The notes beneath the pieces are model-generated. The model made no database searches. It saw only the letters and a program-made list of their open reading frames with translations, and was not told where the DNA came from. Below, piece after piece: positions 30,613 through 40,500 of a stretch of DNA of 64,000 nt. Source of the DNA: Candidatus Zixiibacteriota bacterium. GTDB taxonomy: Bacteria > UBP14 > UBA6098 > JBKHBT01. A program made the position numbers and the translations under genes. The stretch's first letter is position 1. Each line of letters begins with the position of its first letter. The stretch spans positions 13,593-77,592 of the forward strand of contig JBKHBT010000005.1 of NCBI GenBank assembly GCA_046542255.1, in the 5' to 3' direction.

Positions 30613-31941
30613 GTGGACGAATATTGGGAACTTTCTCCGAGACGAATAGTCAAGGAGTTATCGAGATATATTATTGGGCAGGATGATGCCAAACGAGCTG
30701 TTGCAATAGCAGTTCGCAATAGATGGCGCAGAAGTCAGGTCGAAGGAGATATTAGCGATGATATTATACCAGACAATATTCTGCTTGTCGGCCCTACAGG
30801 CGTTGGAAAGACCGAAATCGCAAGAAGGCTGGCTAATCTAACAAATGCACCGTTTATAAAGGTCGAAGCATCGAAATTTACCGAAGTCGGCTATGTTGGC
30901 CGAGATGTAGAATCCATTGCAAGAGACCTTTTGGATACGGCTGTTTACATGGTACGCAGCGAAATGGCCGATCAGGTCGAGGAAAAGGCCAAGAAAAGAG
31001 CCATTGAAAGGGTTCTCGACCACCTGATACCTCCTGTGGATAAAGATCAAAAAGAAAAGATGAAGGCTACTCGCGAGAAGTATTTCAAATTAATAGAACA
31101 GGGCAAACTCGATGAGAAATCTGTCGAGATCGAGACATCTGAGTCTTCATTCCCAATGGTAGAAGTATTCTCACCCGGCGGAATGGAAGAGGTGGGATTC
31201 AATTTCCGTGAAATGTTCGAGGATATGCTTCCACGTAAAAAGAAAAAGCGTGAAGTCAAAATCGAAGAGGCGCTCAGGATTTTTACCGCCGAAGAGATCG
31301 ACTCGCTATTGGATATGGATGAGATTATCGAAATTGCAAAAGAGAGAACAGAGCAATCTGGGCTTGTTTTTGTCGATGAAATCGATAAATTGATCGGTTC
31401 TGATGGCGATCATGGCCCAAATGTCTCGCGTTCTGGCGTGCAACGCGACCTTCTGCCGCTCGTGGAAGGCTGCAATGTTCCGACAAAGCATGGGATAATA
31501 TCGACCGAACATATTCTTTTTATCGCCGCTGGTGCATTCCACACCGGCAAACCTTCCGACCTAATTCCGGAATTTCAGGGGCGTTTCCCTATCCGTGCAG
31601 AGCTGGATTCTCTTAGCGAAGATGATTTCCACAGAATTCTGACCGAGCCAGAGAATGCTCTTACCAAACAATATCAGGCACTTCTGATGACAGAAGAGAT
31701 AGATCTGAATTTCACCCGTGGTGCGCTGAAGGAATTGGCCAAGATCGCATATGAGGTCAATATGAGTACCGAGAATATCGGTGCAAGGCGACTTCAAACT
31801 GTTATGAGTAATCTTTTGGGCGACTTGATGTTCGAAGCGCCGGATATTGCTCCCGAGGCTGTCAAGATTACAAAGCGTGATGTCGAAAAGAAATTTTCCC
31901 AAATCATTGAAGACAAAGATCTTTCACGCTTCATACTATAA
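30613..31941 (+). CDS. hslU: ATP-dependent protease ATPase subunit HslU
   Basis: GQDDAKRAVAIA, GPTGVGKTEIARRLA, KFTEVGYVGRDVE, DEIDK, GVQRDLLPLVEG, NIGARRL, DLSRFIL. Confidence 0.97.
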   Translation: MDEYWELSPRRIVKELSRYIIGQDDAKRAVAIAVRNRWRRSQVEGDISDDIIPDNILLVGPTGVGKTEIARRLANLTNAPFIKVEASKFTEVGYVGRDVESIARDLLDTAVYMVRSEMADQVEEKAKKRAIERVLDHLIPPVDKDQKEKMKATREKYFKLIEQGKLDEKSVEIETSESSFPMVEVFSPGGMEEVGFNFREMFEDMLPRKKKKREVKIEEALRIFTAEEIDSLLDMDEIIEIAKERTEQSGLVFVDEIDKLIGSDGDHGPNVSRSGVQRDLLPLVEGCNVPTKHGIISTEHILFIAAGAFHTGKPSDLIPEFQGRFPIRAELDSLSEDDFHRILTEPENALTKQYQALLMTEEIDLNFTRGALKELAKIAYEVNMSTENIGARRLQTVMSNLLGDLMFEAPDIAPEAVKITKRDVEKKFSQIIEDKDLSRFIL

Positions 31942-31947
31942 ATTATA

Positions 31948-32478
31948 ATGTCAGCAAAAAAAGCGATATATCCCGGCACATTCGACCCGGTTACTTTGGG
32001 CCATCTCGATATTATCAAAAGAGCATGTAAATTATTCGATTATCTTTATATTGCGCTGGGCGATAATCCTTCAAAAACTCCATTATTTACAAAAAAGGAG
32101 CGGAAAGAGCTTCTTATAAAATCCGTGGCAACATTGCCGAATACTCGAGTTATAGAATTTAGCGGCCTGCTTGTTGATACCTATAAAAAACTCGAATGCG
32201 ATGCTATTGTCCGCGGCCTTCGCGCATTATCCGATTTCGAGTATGAATTCCAATTCGGCCTTACCAATCGAAGGCTTTATGAAGATGCGGAGCTGGTTTT
32301 TCTGATTCCGAGTGCTAATTTCATCTATCTGGACTCATCGGTCGTAAGGACAATATCGATGAATAATGGCGATGTTTCTCAGTTTGTTAATCCAATAGTC
32401 GAGAAGGCCTTAAAAGAAAAATACATCAGAAATGCCGACAAGATACCCGGTGATTTCAATCTGCAGAGAGAGCAATAA
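31948..32478 (+). CDS. coaD: Pantetheine-phosphate adenylyltransferase
   Basis: IYPGTFDPVTLGHLDII, RGLRALSDFEYEFQ, SSVVR. Confidence 0.96.
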   Translation: MSAKKAIYPGTFDPVTLGHLDIIKRACKLFDYLYIALGDNPSKTPLFTKKERKELLIKSVATLPNTRVIEFSGLLVDTYKKLECDAIVRGLRALSDFEYEFQFGLTNRRLYEDAELVFLIPSANFIYLDSSVVRTISMNNGDVSQFVNPIVEKALKEKYIRNADKIPGDFNLQREQ

Positions 32479-32510
32479 TTTTAGCATTTGATATGTTTAA
32501 TTACCAGAAC

Positions 32511-33280
32511 CTATCTTGGGCATAAAGATATCGTTTCGGGTTCAATTTCCATTATAGAAAATTCTGTATCGATGGCTTCTGCTGTAAACTCACCAATTGA
32601 TATCTCCACCGGGAAAGTTTCAATTTCTAAATCATCCACATGAAATTCTGATTCTCGTCCACAGCATGAATTGCCAAATTCATCTGTTTTGATCGCGTAG
32701 ATACTTTTCTTTATCCCATAATTTGCTTTACTGCCTGTTATTCCGTATCCGCTTTCCTGAATCGATACCGAGAATGATTTTTCATAGTCATTTTCAGATA
32801 TAAAATCACTATTATAGGTTTTGGAAAAGCCTAATGTTCCCGAACTATCGAAACTTGCCAGGAAAATGTCTCCATAAGTATCTCCCAAAATTAAGAAGTT
32901 TTCATCATCGATAATTTCGATTTTATTCGATGAATAAATTCTCTCGATATCAGAGTATTTACTCCACATTGGATCCAATGTATTGGAAAATTTCATGAGT
33001 ATAATATTAATAATAGTATCCGCTGCGACAGATGGATTAGATTGGCCTGCGGCAATAATTGCGTTTTCATTTAATAGGCCGATATCTAGTATCTGGATTT
33101 CTGGCAAATGGCCAATTCCGATGTTATTTAGCAAGGTGAATTCAGAATCGAATTTACTAATAAGCATTCTACTAGACTCGAGATCGGAAATAATCTTTCC
33201 CAAAATATATATATTCCCATCAGCATCCATTTCCATATCGATACCCTTAAAATTCAGTTCAAAAGCATCGATAATATCAC
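32511..33280 (-). pseudogene. 3' remnant of a beta-propeller-like secreted protein gene, 5' end replaced by the hairpin element
   Basis: Propeller-type repeats (DADGNIYILG, KFSNTLDPMWSKY, FLASFDSSGTLGFSKTY, YAIKTDEFGN). The only ATG start (33308) lies inside repeat copy B. Confidence 0.6.
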
Positions 33281-33386
33281 CAGACAATGCGCTGTTCCGC
33301 ATTGTCATACTTCTTAGGCTAAAACACCCTTAAAGCTGTTGGCTTAAATGGATTCTGCATTATTTATTGATGTCCTTTTCGGCCAA
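33281..33386 (+). repeat. ~107-bp hairpin element, copy B
   Basis: CAGACAATGCG-CTGTTC-CGCATTGTCATACTTCTTAGGCTAAAACACCCTTAAAGC...TCGGCCAA. The right boundary is approximate. Confidence 0.8.
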
Positions 33387-34314
33387 AATGCTCGATTGAA
33401 CATGGAGAAGTTCATTTCTCAGACGCTCGAAGCTCATTGGCATAGTTTTCTGTACAGAAAGATGGTAAAATCCTTGTATGATAAGGGTATAGGCGATAAA
33501 GCAAATCGAGATATGTGCTCTAATGCGCTCTTCTGTCCAGTGATAAATCGGACGCATTCGAAGGTCGTGTTTGCTGACTCGAAAGGCTTCTTCGATCTGC
33601 CACAGCGAGCGATATCGCGATAATAAATCTTCCGGTTTTTCGGCCATATTATTGGTGATTATGCCGTGAAGTCCGTCCCAGGCTGCTCTCAAGAATCTGT
33701 TTTTCATGCCTTTACGAACTGTTTTTAGTTTTGCGGCTACAATAAAATTGAAGTCGTGATGCTCCATTTTTTGAAGACTATTCTCGGTAAACATCGCGCG
33801 ATCAGCCACTATTGTTACTTTTGCGACATTGTAGCTCTGCTTCAATTCGCCGACCATATCCAGCAAAGTGTGGCCTTCATAAATATTGCCAGGTAAAACC
33901 CTGTAACTTATTGGCATTCCACAGTTTGTGGTAATAAGCGCCAGCATGATCTGGGTCTCATTGACTTTGTTATCCTTGCTGAATCCGGATTTCCATTGTT
34001 CGTCTTTTCGAGTTTCTTCGATGATTTCATCGAATTCAGCAATAATAGCATTTGCAAGATTAACGAGCACCTCGGTTTCACTATCAGAAACGCCCAGTCC
34101 GACATGTCTGACGATCTTCTCTTTCAAGGCCGTATGTTTTTATAATATTTGTATTTTAATATATACAATACAATGACTTTTCTGATGTTTTAGCCAGGAA
34201 GTATGACAATGCATAAACATAAGCATTGTCTGACTGACCTTGTCGCCCCTTCGATAGGATTCGACAATCTGCACCGATGTTTTACCCATCTTTCTTTTTC
34301 TTTCGCACAAACAT
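33360..34314 (-). pseudogene. IS1634-family transposase remnant (frameshift, insertion, internal deletions, truncated C-terminus)
   Basis: MFVRKKKK / GKTSVQIVESYRRGDKV / KEKIVRHVG, GFSKDNK...QIMLAL...GMPISYRVLPGNIYEGHTL, VADRAM, DGLHGIITN, YRSLWQIEEAFRVSKHDLRMRPIYHWTEERIRAHISICF. A possible native left end is near 34435-34448 (tentative). Confidence 0.88.
34126..34232 (-). repeat. ~107-bp hairpin element, copy C, inserted in the transposase 5' region
   Basis: CAGACAATGC-TTATGTTTAT-GCATTGTCATACTTCCTGGCTAAAACATCAG...ACGGCCTT lies between codons for ...RRGDKVS and KEKIVRHVG. Confidence 0.85.
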
Positions 34315-34576
34315 GGCATAAATATAATACATAAATTCAGTCCGCCAAGTATAACCATGCACGTGGCACTGCATTTTGACCCATTTTTTCAAACCCGCAT
34401 GGTTGAGGGGGCTTTATTTTAGGAAAGGGGGATAGTGTCGAAGTCGAGTAAAATATAATTTATATGTTTACAATTGGCAAAGAATATATAAAAATTAGAT
34501 TTAGTTACTGTAAAGATGAGTTGATGTTAAGGTAATGGTAACTTAAATAAAAACAAATGGGGGGATTGTTATTCAT

Positions 34577-34607
34577 AAAAAAAGCGGCCTTTTTAGGGGC
34601 CGCTTTT
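34577..34607 (-). terminator. Intrinsic terminator (possibly bidirectional) after the 875-aa gene
   Basis: GCGGCC-loop-GGCCGC followed by T7 on the minus strand and T4 on the plus strand. Confidence 0.8.
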
Positions 34608-34640
34608 GAAAAATTTAAGTATTTAATAAACTATTTTAGA

Positions 34641-37268
34641 TTATAGCTTTTCAATTGTTACGCTGCCGTGACCAGTATTAACTCCTGAAGTATTGGATTG
34701 GCTGGTTCCGCTATTATAAGAACCGCCGCCTCCGGCTATGGGTAGATTTGAATCATTACCATAGGAAGAGCCACCACCAGAGTATCCACCGCCACCACCA
34801 GCACCATGATATGATGTTGAATTTCTAGAAGATGAGCCGCCACCACCAAAACCGCCAACAGCAGAAGGTGTAGCCCAGGAGTTTGATCCGCCTTCTCCTC
34901 CATCAACAAATGCTTGAGGAGCTGGGGATGGATTTCCCGAGCCACCGTCCGTTAATAAGCCAGCACCTCCATCTGTAGTCTGGTTACTGTAACTTCCGCC
35001 ATTTCCTGATGTACCTCCTGTTCCATTATAACCGTAGCTACCCGTACCATCATGACCTGATGTTCCAGTTTGTCCATTGCTACCTGCTCCAGAAATTTCT
35101 GCACCGCCACCACCACCTGCTATTATTAATGGATTATTACTAATATCAGTAACAAAACTACCGCCTCCTCCAGAAAAGTCATATCTTGAACTTGTAAGTG
35201 CTGTTCCTTCCTGTCCGACTAGAATCTTTAATATTTCGCCTTCAGTTAAACTAAAATCACCGATTATTTCAGCTCCGAGACCACTACTACTGCCACCGCC
35301 TTGTGCACCAAGTACAGTAATTCTATAAGTTCCATCTGCCGGGACTGTCCACTCCTGAATGCCAGTTGTTGACATATTGAAATATGCATCGTCTTCGTCC
35401 CAGCTCGTAGTATATTCACTCCTGCATTGGGAAAGTGAAGGGCCCGTTCTACCAGTTGCGCCACAATTTGTAAAAGTATGAGATTCAAAATCATATAAAC
35501 CTGCGTTCACTGTCAATGTAGCCGCTGCTGATGTATCAGCTGGTGAACATGTGCCTGTAACTATGCATCGATATCGATAACCATCCATAGATTCTGTTGT
35601 ACTACCTGTGGTATAACTGCTTCCTCCAGTGCCGATATTGCTCCAACTCGAGCCTCCATCTGTGCTTTGTCGCCATTGATATGTGAGTCCATCGCCAGTT
35701 GCTGTAACACTGAAACTTGCTGCATCGCCTTCATCGACAGTAGCATCAGAAGGATTTGCTGTTATGCTAGGCGAATAGAGAATATTTACACTAAGACATC
35801 TATCCGCAGATGTTCCGCAGATACTGCTTGCATTAACACAAACATCACCGCTGGATGACCCGAAATCGACATCTATCGTATTTGTTCCATCACCAGAAAC
35901 AATTGTAGCGCCTGATGGTACCGACCATGTATAATCTGTTGCTTCAGAAACCTCTGATATAGAATATGTAACTCCAGTTGCGCCAGAGCAAACATCGCTC
36001 AAGCCTGAGATTGTACCCGGAGTCGATGGCGTAGCTGTCATTTCCACAGCAAGGCATTCTGGGTCAGAGATTCCGCATGAATTTTCGGTACGAACACAAA
36101 CCTCACCTGGTGAAGTTGCGAAATTTACTGTAATCGTTGGTGTAGATGAGCCTGAAACGATAGACGCTCCCGGTGGTACTGTCCAGGAATAATCAGTAGC
36201 ATCCGGTACAGTTGCTATATTATATGAAATGCCAGTTTCATCTTCACAAACAAGAGTAGGGCCTGAAATTGAGCCGGGAGAAGTCGGCCGGTTTATTGTT
36301 ACTGCTTTACAAAAACTTGAAGATTCACCACATTCATTTAAGGCTGATACGCAAACATCACCATCGGTATTACCAAAAATAATATGTATAGAATTAGTTC
36401 CGCTACCGGTGAGAATGCTCGAACCAGATGGAAATGTCCATCTATAATAAGTTGCATTAGAAATAGGTAAGGTAGAATATGAAGTTCCTGGTTCACCTGA
36501 GCAAGCGAGAGAATTTCCATCTATAAAAGAAGGAGCATCGGGGGGAGATGAACATCCACTGCCGCAATCACCTGTGAATCTAACAACAATCAATCCGGTA
36601 TCGCCTTCCATAGTTTCGGTGATTTCTGTACCGGAACCCGGTTCCAAACGGATTCTGCCCACCATTGCACTATCTCTGTCAGAACCTTCGATAGATACTA
36701 TACCACCAGAACCACCATCATCTACACTTAAAATCTCGCTCGTGCCGTCATCACGAATATAATAAAGCTCATTATCAGTGTCATTTACAAAAATCTTGCC
36801 GTATCCTGTTGAAGATGTCGGTGGAGAGACTTGTTTCTCCATGCTCATAGCCCCCTCGACAGTCACCGTTTCATTAGGATCGCCGGCGCCGACAACCATT
36901 CTATCAGAACGGACAGCAATATCATTGCCAGTCTCGCCGATTATAAGGCCCATATCCATCTCATCCATTGGCTCGGATTCACGGCGGAGACTTGTCGATA
37001 CAGCGATACGTCCAGAACCATATCTGTCGCCATCGAGAAATATCTCGACATAGACAATTTCCTCTTCAAAACTATGTCTGCGCACTAATTGAAGAGGGTC
37101 TGGAACTATACTTCCGTCAACTACTGTAACTTCGGTTGTATGGCTCCAAAGAAGGCTACCACCTGTTTCAGAATCATAGACCTTAATATCCATTGCTTCA
37201 AAATCTGCAGATATCAAAACAGATATTAAAACCAAACTTAGGATTAAAATATTATTTTTCCTTTTCAT
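34641..37268 (-). CDS. Secreted fibre-like protein: tail-fibre-type N-terminus, 3 PKD-like repeats, Ig-like domain, C-terminal ALK/LTK-like glycine-rich domain
   Basis: Signal peptide; VYDSETGGSLLWS head; three C-x...YxWxxPxG...GxVCV...CG repeats; FSVTATGDGLTYQW...YRYRCIVT Ig; FTNCGATGRTGP...GIQEWTVPADGTYRI...ILVGQEG...PLIIAGGGGG...GHGSVTIEKL. Confidence 0.85.
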   Translation of the reverse strand: MKRKNNILILSLVLISVLISADFEAMDIKVYDSETGGSLLWSHTTEVTVVDGSIVPDPLQLVRRHSFEEEIVYVEIFLDGDRYGSGRIAVSTSLRRESEPMDEMDMGLIIGETGNDIAVRSDRMVVGAGDPNETVTVEGAMSMEKQVSPPTSSTGYGKIFVNDTDNELYYIRDDGTSEILSVDDGGSGGIVSIEGSDRDSAMVGRIRLEPGSGTEITETMEGDTGLIVVRFTGDCGSGCSSPPDAPSFIDGNSLACSGEPGTSYSTLPISNATYYRWTFPSGSSILTGSGTNSIHIIFGNTDGDVCVSALNECGESSSFCKAVTINRPTSPGSISGPTLVCEDETGISYNIATVPDATDYSWTVPPGASIVSGSSTPTITVNFATSPGEVCVRTENSCGISDPECLAVEMTATPSTPGTISGLSDVCSGATGVTYSISEVSEATDYTWSVPSGATIVSGDGTNTIDVDFGSSSGDVCVNASSICGTSADRCLSVNILYSPSITANPSDATVDEGDAASFSVTATGDGLTYQWRQSTDGGSSWSNIGTGGSSYTTGSTTESMDGYRYRCIVTGTCSPADTSAAATLTVNAGLYDFESHTFTNCGATGRTGPSLSQCRSEYTTSWDEDDAYFNMSTTGIQEWTVPADGTYRITVLGAQGGGSSSGLGAEIIGDFSLTEGEILKILVGQEGTALTSSRYDFSGGGGSFVTDISNNPLIIAGGGGGAEISGAGSNGQTGTSGHDGTGSYGYNGTGGTSGNGGSYSNQTTDGGAGLLTDGGSGNPSPAPQAFVDGGEGGSNSWATPSAVGGFGGGGSSSRNSTSYHGAGGGGGYSGGGSSYGNDSNLPIAGGGGSYNSGTSQSNTSGVNTGHGSVTIEKL

Positions 37269-37433
37269 CCTTCTCCTTTATTTTTCATCATTCAACTCGA
37301 AATTAATTAAAATAATTAAATAATCAAGTAAATATATATTTTTAAGCAAACTTAATAGAATCTTAAATTTCAACAAGTACAAACAAGACGTTATTACAGG
37401 AGCCATACTGCAAGACAATAGATTTCATACAAT

Positions 37434-37459
37434 AAAAAAGGCGGCCAAAAGGCCGCCTT
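37434..37459 (-). terminator. Intrinsic terminator after the 1907-aa gene
   Basis: Minus strand GGCGGCC-TTTT-GGCCGCC followed by T6. Confidence 0.8.
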
Positions 37460-37506
37460 AAATATTTTTAATAGGCTTTTACACGATATTTAGGTCAATC
37501 ATGCTT

Positions 37507-40500
37507 CTATTTTAGATTGCCTTTTCTATCATATTTATCAAGATCGATGAAGTGATCTGTTGGCTTTTCAGGCCTATTAATTTCGTCGGGTGATTTCTGG
37601 GCTTCGTCAAGTCGTTTCCCTGAGAGCCTGAAGCTAAACCGGGCATCCTGCTTGCCCTGGATTGCTTTAACAGTTAGAAGCGAACCATCGACATTTGCCA
37701 TGAGGATAGCTTCATCCTGTGCAGTTACCAATGGTATAACTGTGCCTTCAGCAACACTGCGCCAGAATATCCATAGGTCAGAGCCTTCTGGCTGCTGAGC
37801 AAGATCGACAGTAAATTTGCCATTTTCGAGCTGGCCCTCGCTGATAATATCTATCCAGAAGCCGATATTTTCGGCCATCCATGTAACATAGAGCTGGCCA
37901 TCGATTTGCATAGTTGGGTCAACTTTATTGGCATGGACAACATCGACATATAAATCATAACTACCCAGATTAACATCTTCAGTTGCGCCAGTGTATGGGA
38001 CATAATTGCCTGTTAGTGTACTCGATTCAGCATATCTGCCATCTAAATCCACAGCTACGTCACCACCGACATCCTGTTGCAGCGTAAGAACACCACTACC
38101 TGTATTGAAAATTAAATCTGTAACTGTTTCATTGCCAATGACATGGTCTGCATCATTAACCTCGTCTGTGAATGAAGTGCCGGAGCCACCATCTGAGATT
38201 TCAATTGAAACGGTGCTTCCTGAGCGAGATGATGAAAGGTTCTGAATTTCATTTGCTGGATCTGCATCTGCATCATTAACATTGTCAGTTCCAGGAGCCC
38301 ATGATGAACCATTGTATTTTAATACTTGATTACTTGCTGGTCCAGTAGATGATACCGTGACACCCTGCAAGCCATCGACTGTCGGGTTTGGATATGTGCC
38401 ATTTAAGTCGCCGCCTGCTGTCCCAGTTGGCGGTGCGCCGATTACAGAGAGATTATCGGAACCGTCTATTGTTATCGAAGTCCCATCGACGTTTACATCG
38501 ATGTGGTTTGTCTCAACGCTAATTCCTTCGCCATCGCCAATCTCTAAGTTTGCAGAAAAGCCATTACCTAAAGCATCATCAGATATACCACCAGTTAATC
38601 CATTACCCGCAGTGATTGTTGCGGTCTCATTTCCTTGCACGGCCGTACCGGCTGTAATGCCATAGTTTACATTAACGCCAGAACCATCAACTGTAATACC
38701 AGTGCCTGCATCGACAGAAACAGAGGCTGCCGAAGAGCCATCATATGTGAAATCATTAATACCATTGCCATCTGTGAGGTTGGATAAGCTGGCAGATTCA
38801 AGGCTGGAAATCGCTGTAGCATTGGCCTCTATCTGAGCATCCAATTCATCCAGGCCTGTATGAACATTGCCTGCACTAATATAAGTAAAATCTGTTACCG
38901 TTGTTAATGGAACTTCAGTATCAACCTGGTCATCATGATCAGAATCTGCTGCATTAACCCATTCGGTTCCATCATATTTAAGAACATGGCCTGAAGCTAA
39001 ACCGCCAATTGTAACATCATTTAAATCTCCGAGATTATCATTGGTAATGTCATCTTCTTGAACCGGAATAACTACATCATAACTTGAAGAGCCTTCAGTA
39101 ATTCTGAGAGTATTTGGTTCTCCAGAAGGTTCCCATGTAAGTGTTGATATTGCTTCATTAGTTGTACTATTATCTATATTGAATGTATTCCAATCAGAAG
39201 AAGTAAGGTAACCATCATTAGAACCATCAGCAGCAATCATTGTGATTTCAACATCGCCAGTAGTCGGTGAGATTGTTAGAGGCGTTGTTCCAGTTTCAGA
39301 AACCGAAGTTACTCCGCCGATTGCACTTGCATCGACCAATGTCCAACTGGAGCCATTCCATTGCCATATTTCTCCAGATGTTGAACCATCGGCAAGTTCT
39401 GCTGCGCCAACGGCACCTGCTACAATATCGCCGGAAGCAGTAAGATCATTGGCATCGCTAAAATCATTTATATTTCCCGATGCATCGAGGGCATTGGCTG
39501 CGCCCCAATTAACCGAAAGAGCGGACCCAGCACCAGCGCCATCACCATCGAGGCTTCCATCGGTTTCTACAACCTGTGTTCCCCAGTTATCGCCGACTCC
39601 GCCAGATGAGAAATCTGCATCGACTAAAGTCCATGCACTTCCATCCCATCCATAAACTTTACTAACTCCAGATGGGCCATCTGAAAGACCAAGAGGAGAT
39701 GATGATGAACCATCGCCTTCAATTTCTGACTGAGTTGAAATCGATGTCAAATAACCTTCATCGGCATGATTCCCCCAGCCAGCTACTGTTGTAAAAGTAT
39801 AATGATCGTCTGAAGAAAGATAGCCATCGTTACTATTTGTGGCTTCTGGAATTGTTACCGGAGAGCCGGATGAGCCATCGCCAGTTATAGGAGCTGCTGT
39901 ATTGACTGAGGAAGAAATTGCTGAACCATCGACTGTAACCTGTCCGGAAGCATCGACAGATACACTGATGTCGCCGGAGCCTGTAAATGTAATCTCATCC
40001 GTACTGGATGATGCATTATAGGTAGTTGAACCATCCGTAATAGAAGAAAAGATATCCTGGATTTCATTAGTAGGGTCGGCATCGTCATCATCGACATCGA
40101 TAATTACAGTGCCGCCACCATCGCTAAGTGTGATTTCATGTCCAGTTCCATCGATTGATAGTGTCTGAAGTTCATTTGAAGGGTCAGCATCGTCATCATC
40201 GACTAATGCTGAAAGATCGACATCTTGATTGGAGCCATCTTCGATACCGATTGTTAAGGTTGTTCCCGTAAGGCCAGAGCCCTGAATATTTTGGTCATCA
40301 GTTCCAGCATTATCGAGCACAGAGAGATCGACTGTTTCGCTTGTACCGTCTTCAATACCAATTGTCAATGTATTTGTTCCGCTATCGAATCCCGAACCAG
40401 AGATATTCTGGTCATCCGTATTATCCATAAAAGGTGATAAATCGACACCAGACCCATCAGTTATATTTAGTGTATTACCAGAAAGGGAAAGGTCTTGTTC

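Noticed and set aside
34140-34358. 72-aa ORF as an independent gene
   Set aside because: It is a chimera of the frameshifted transposase N-terminus and repeat copy C.
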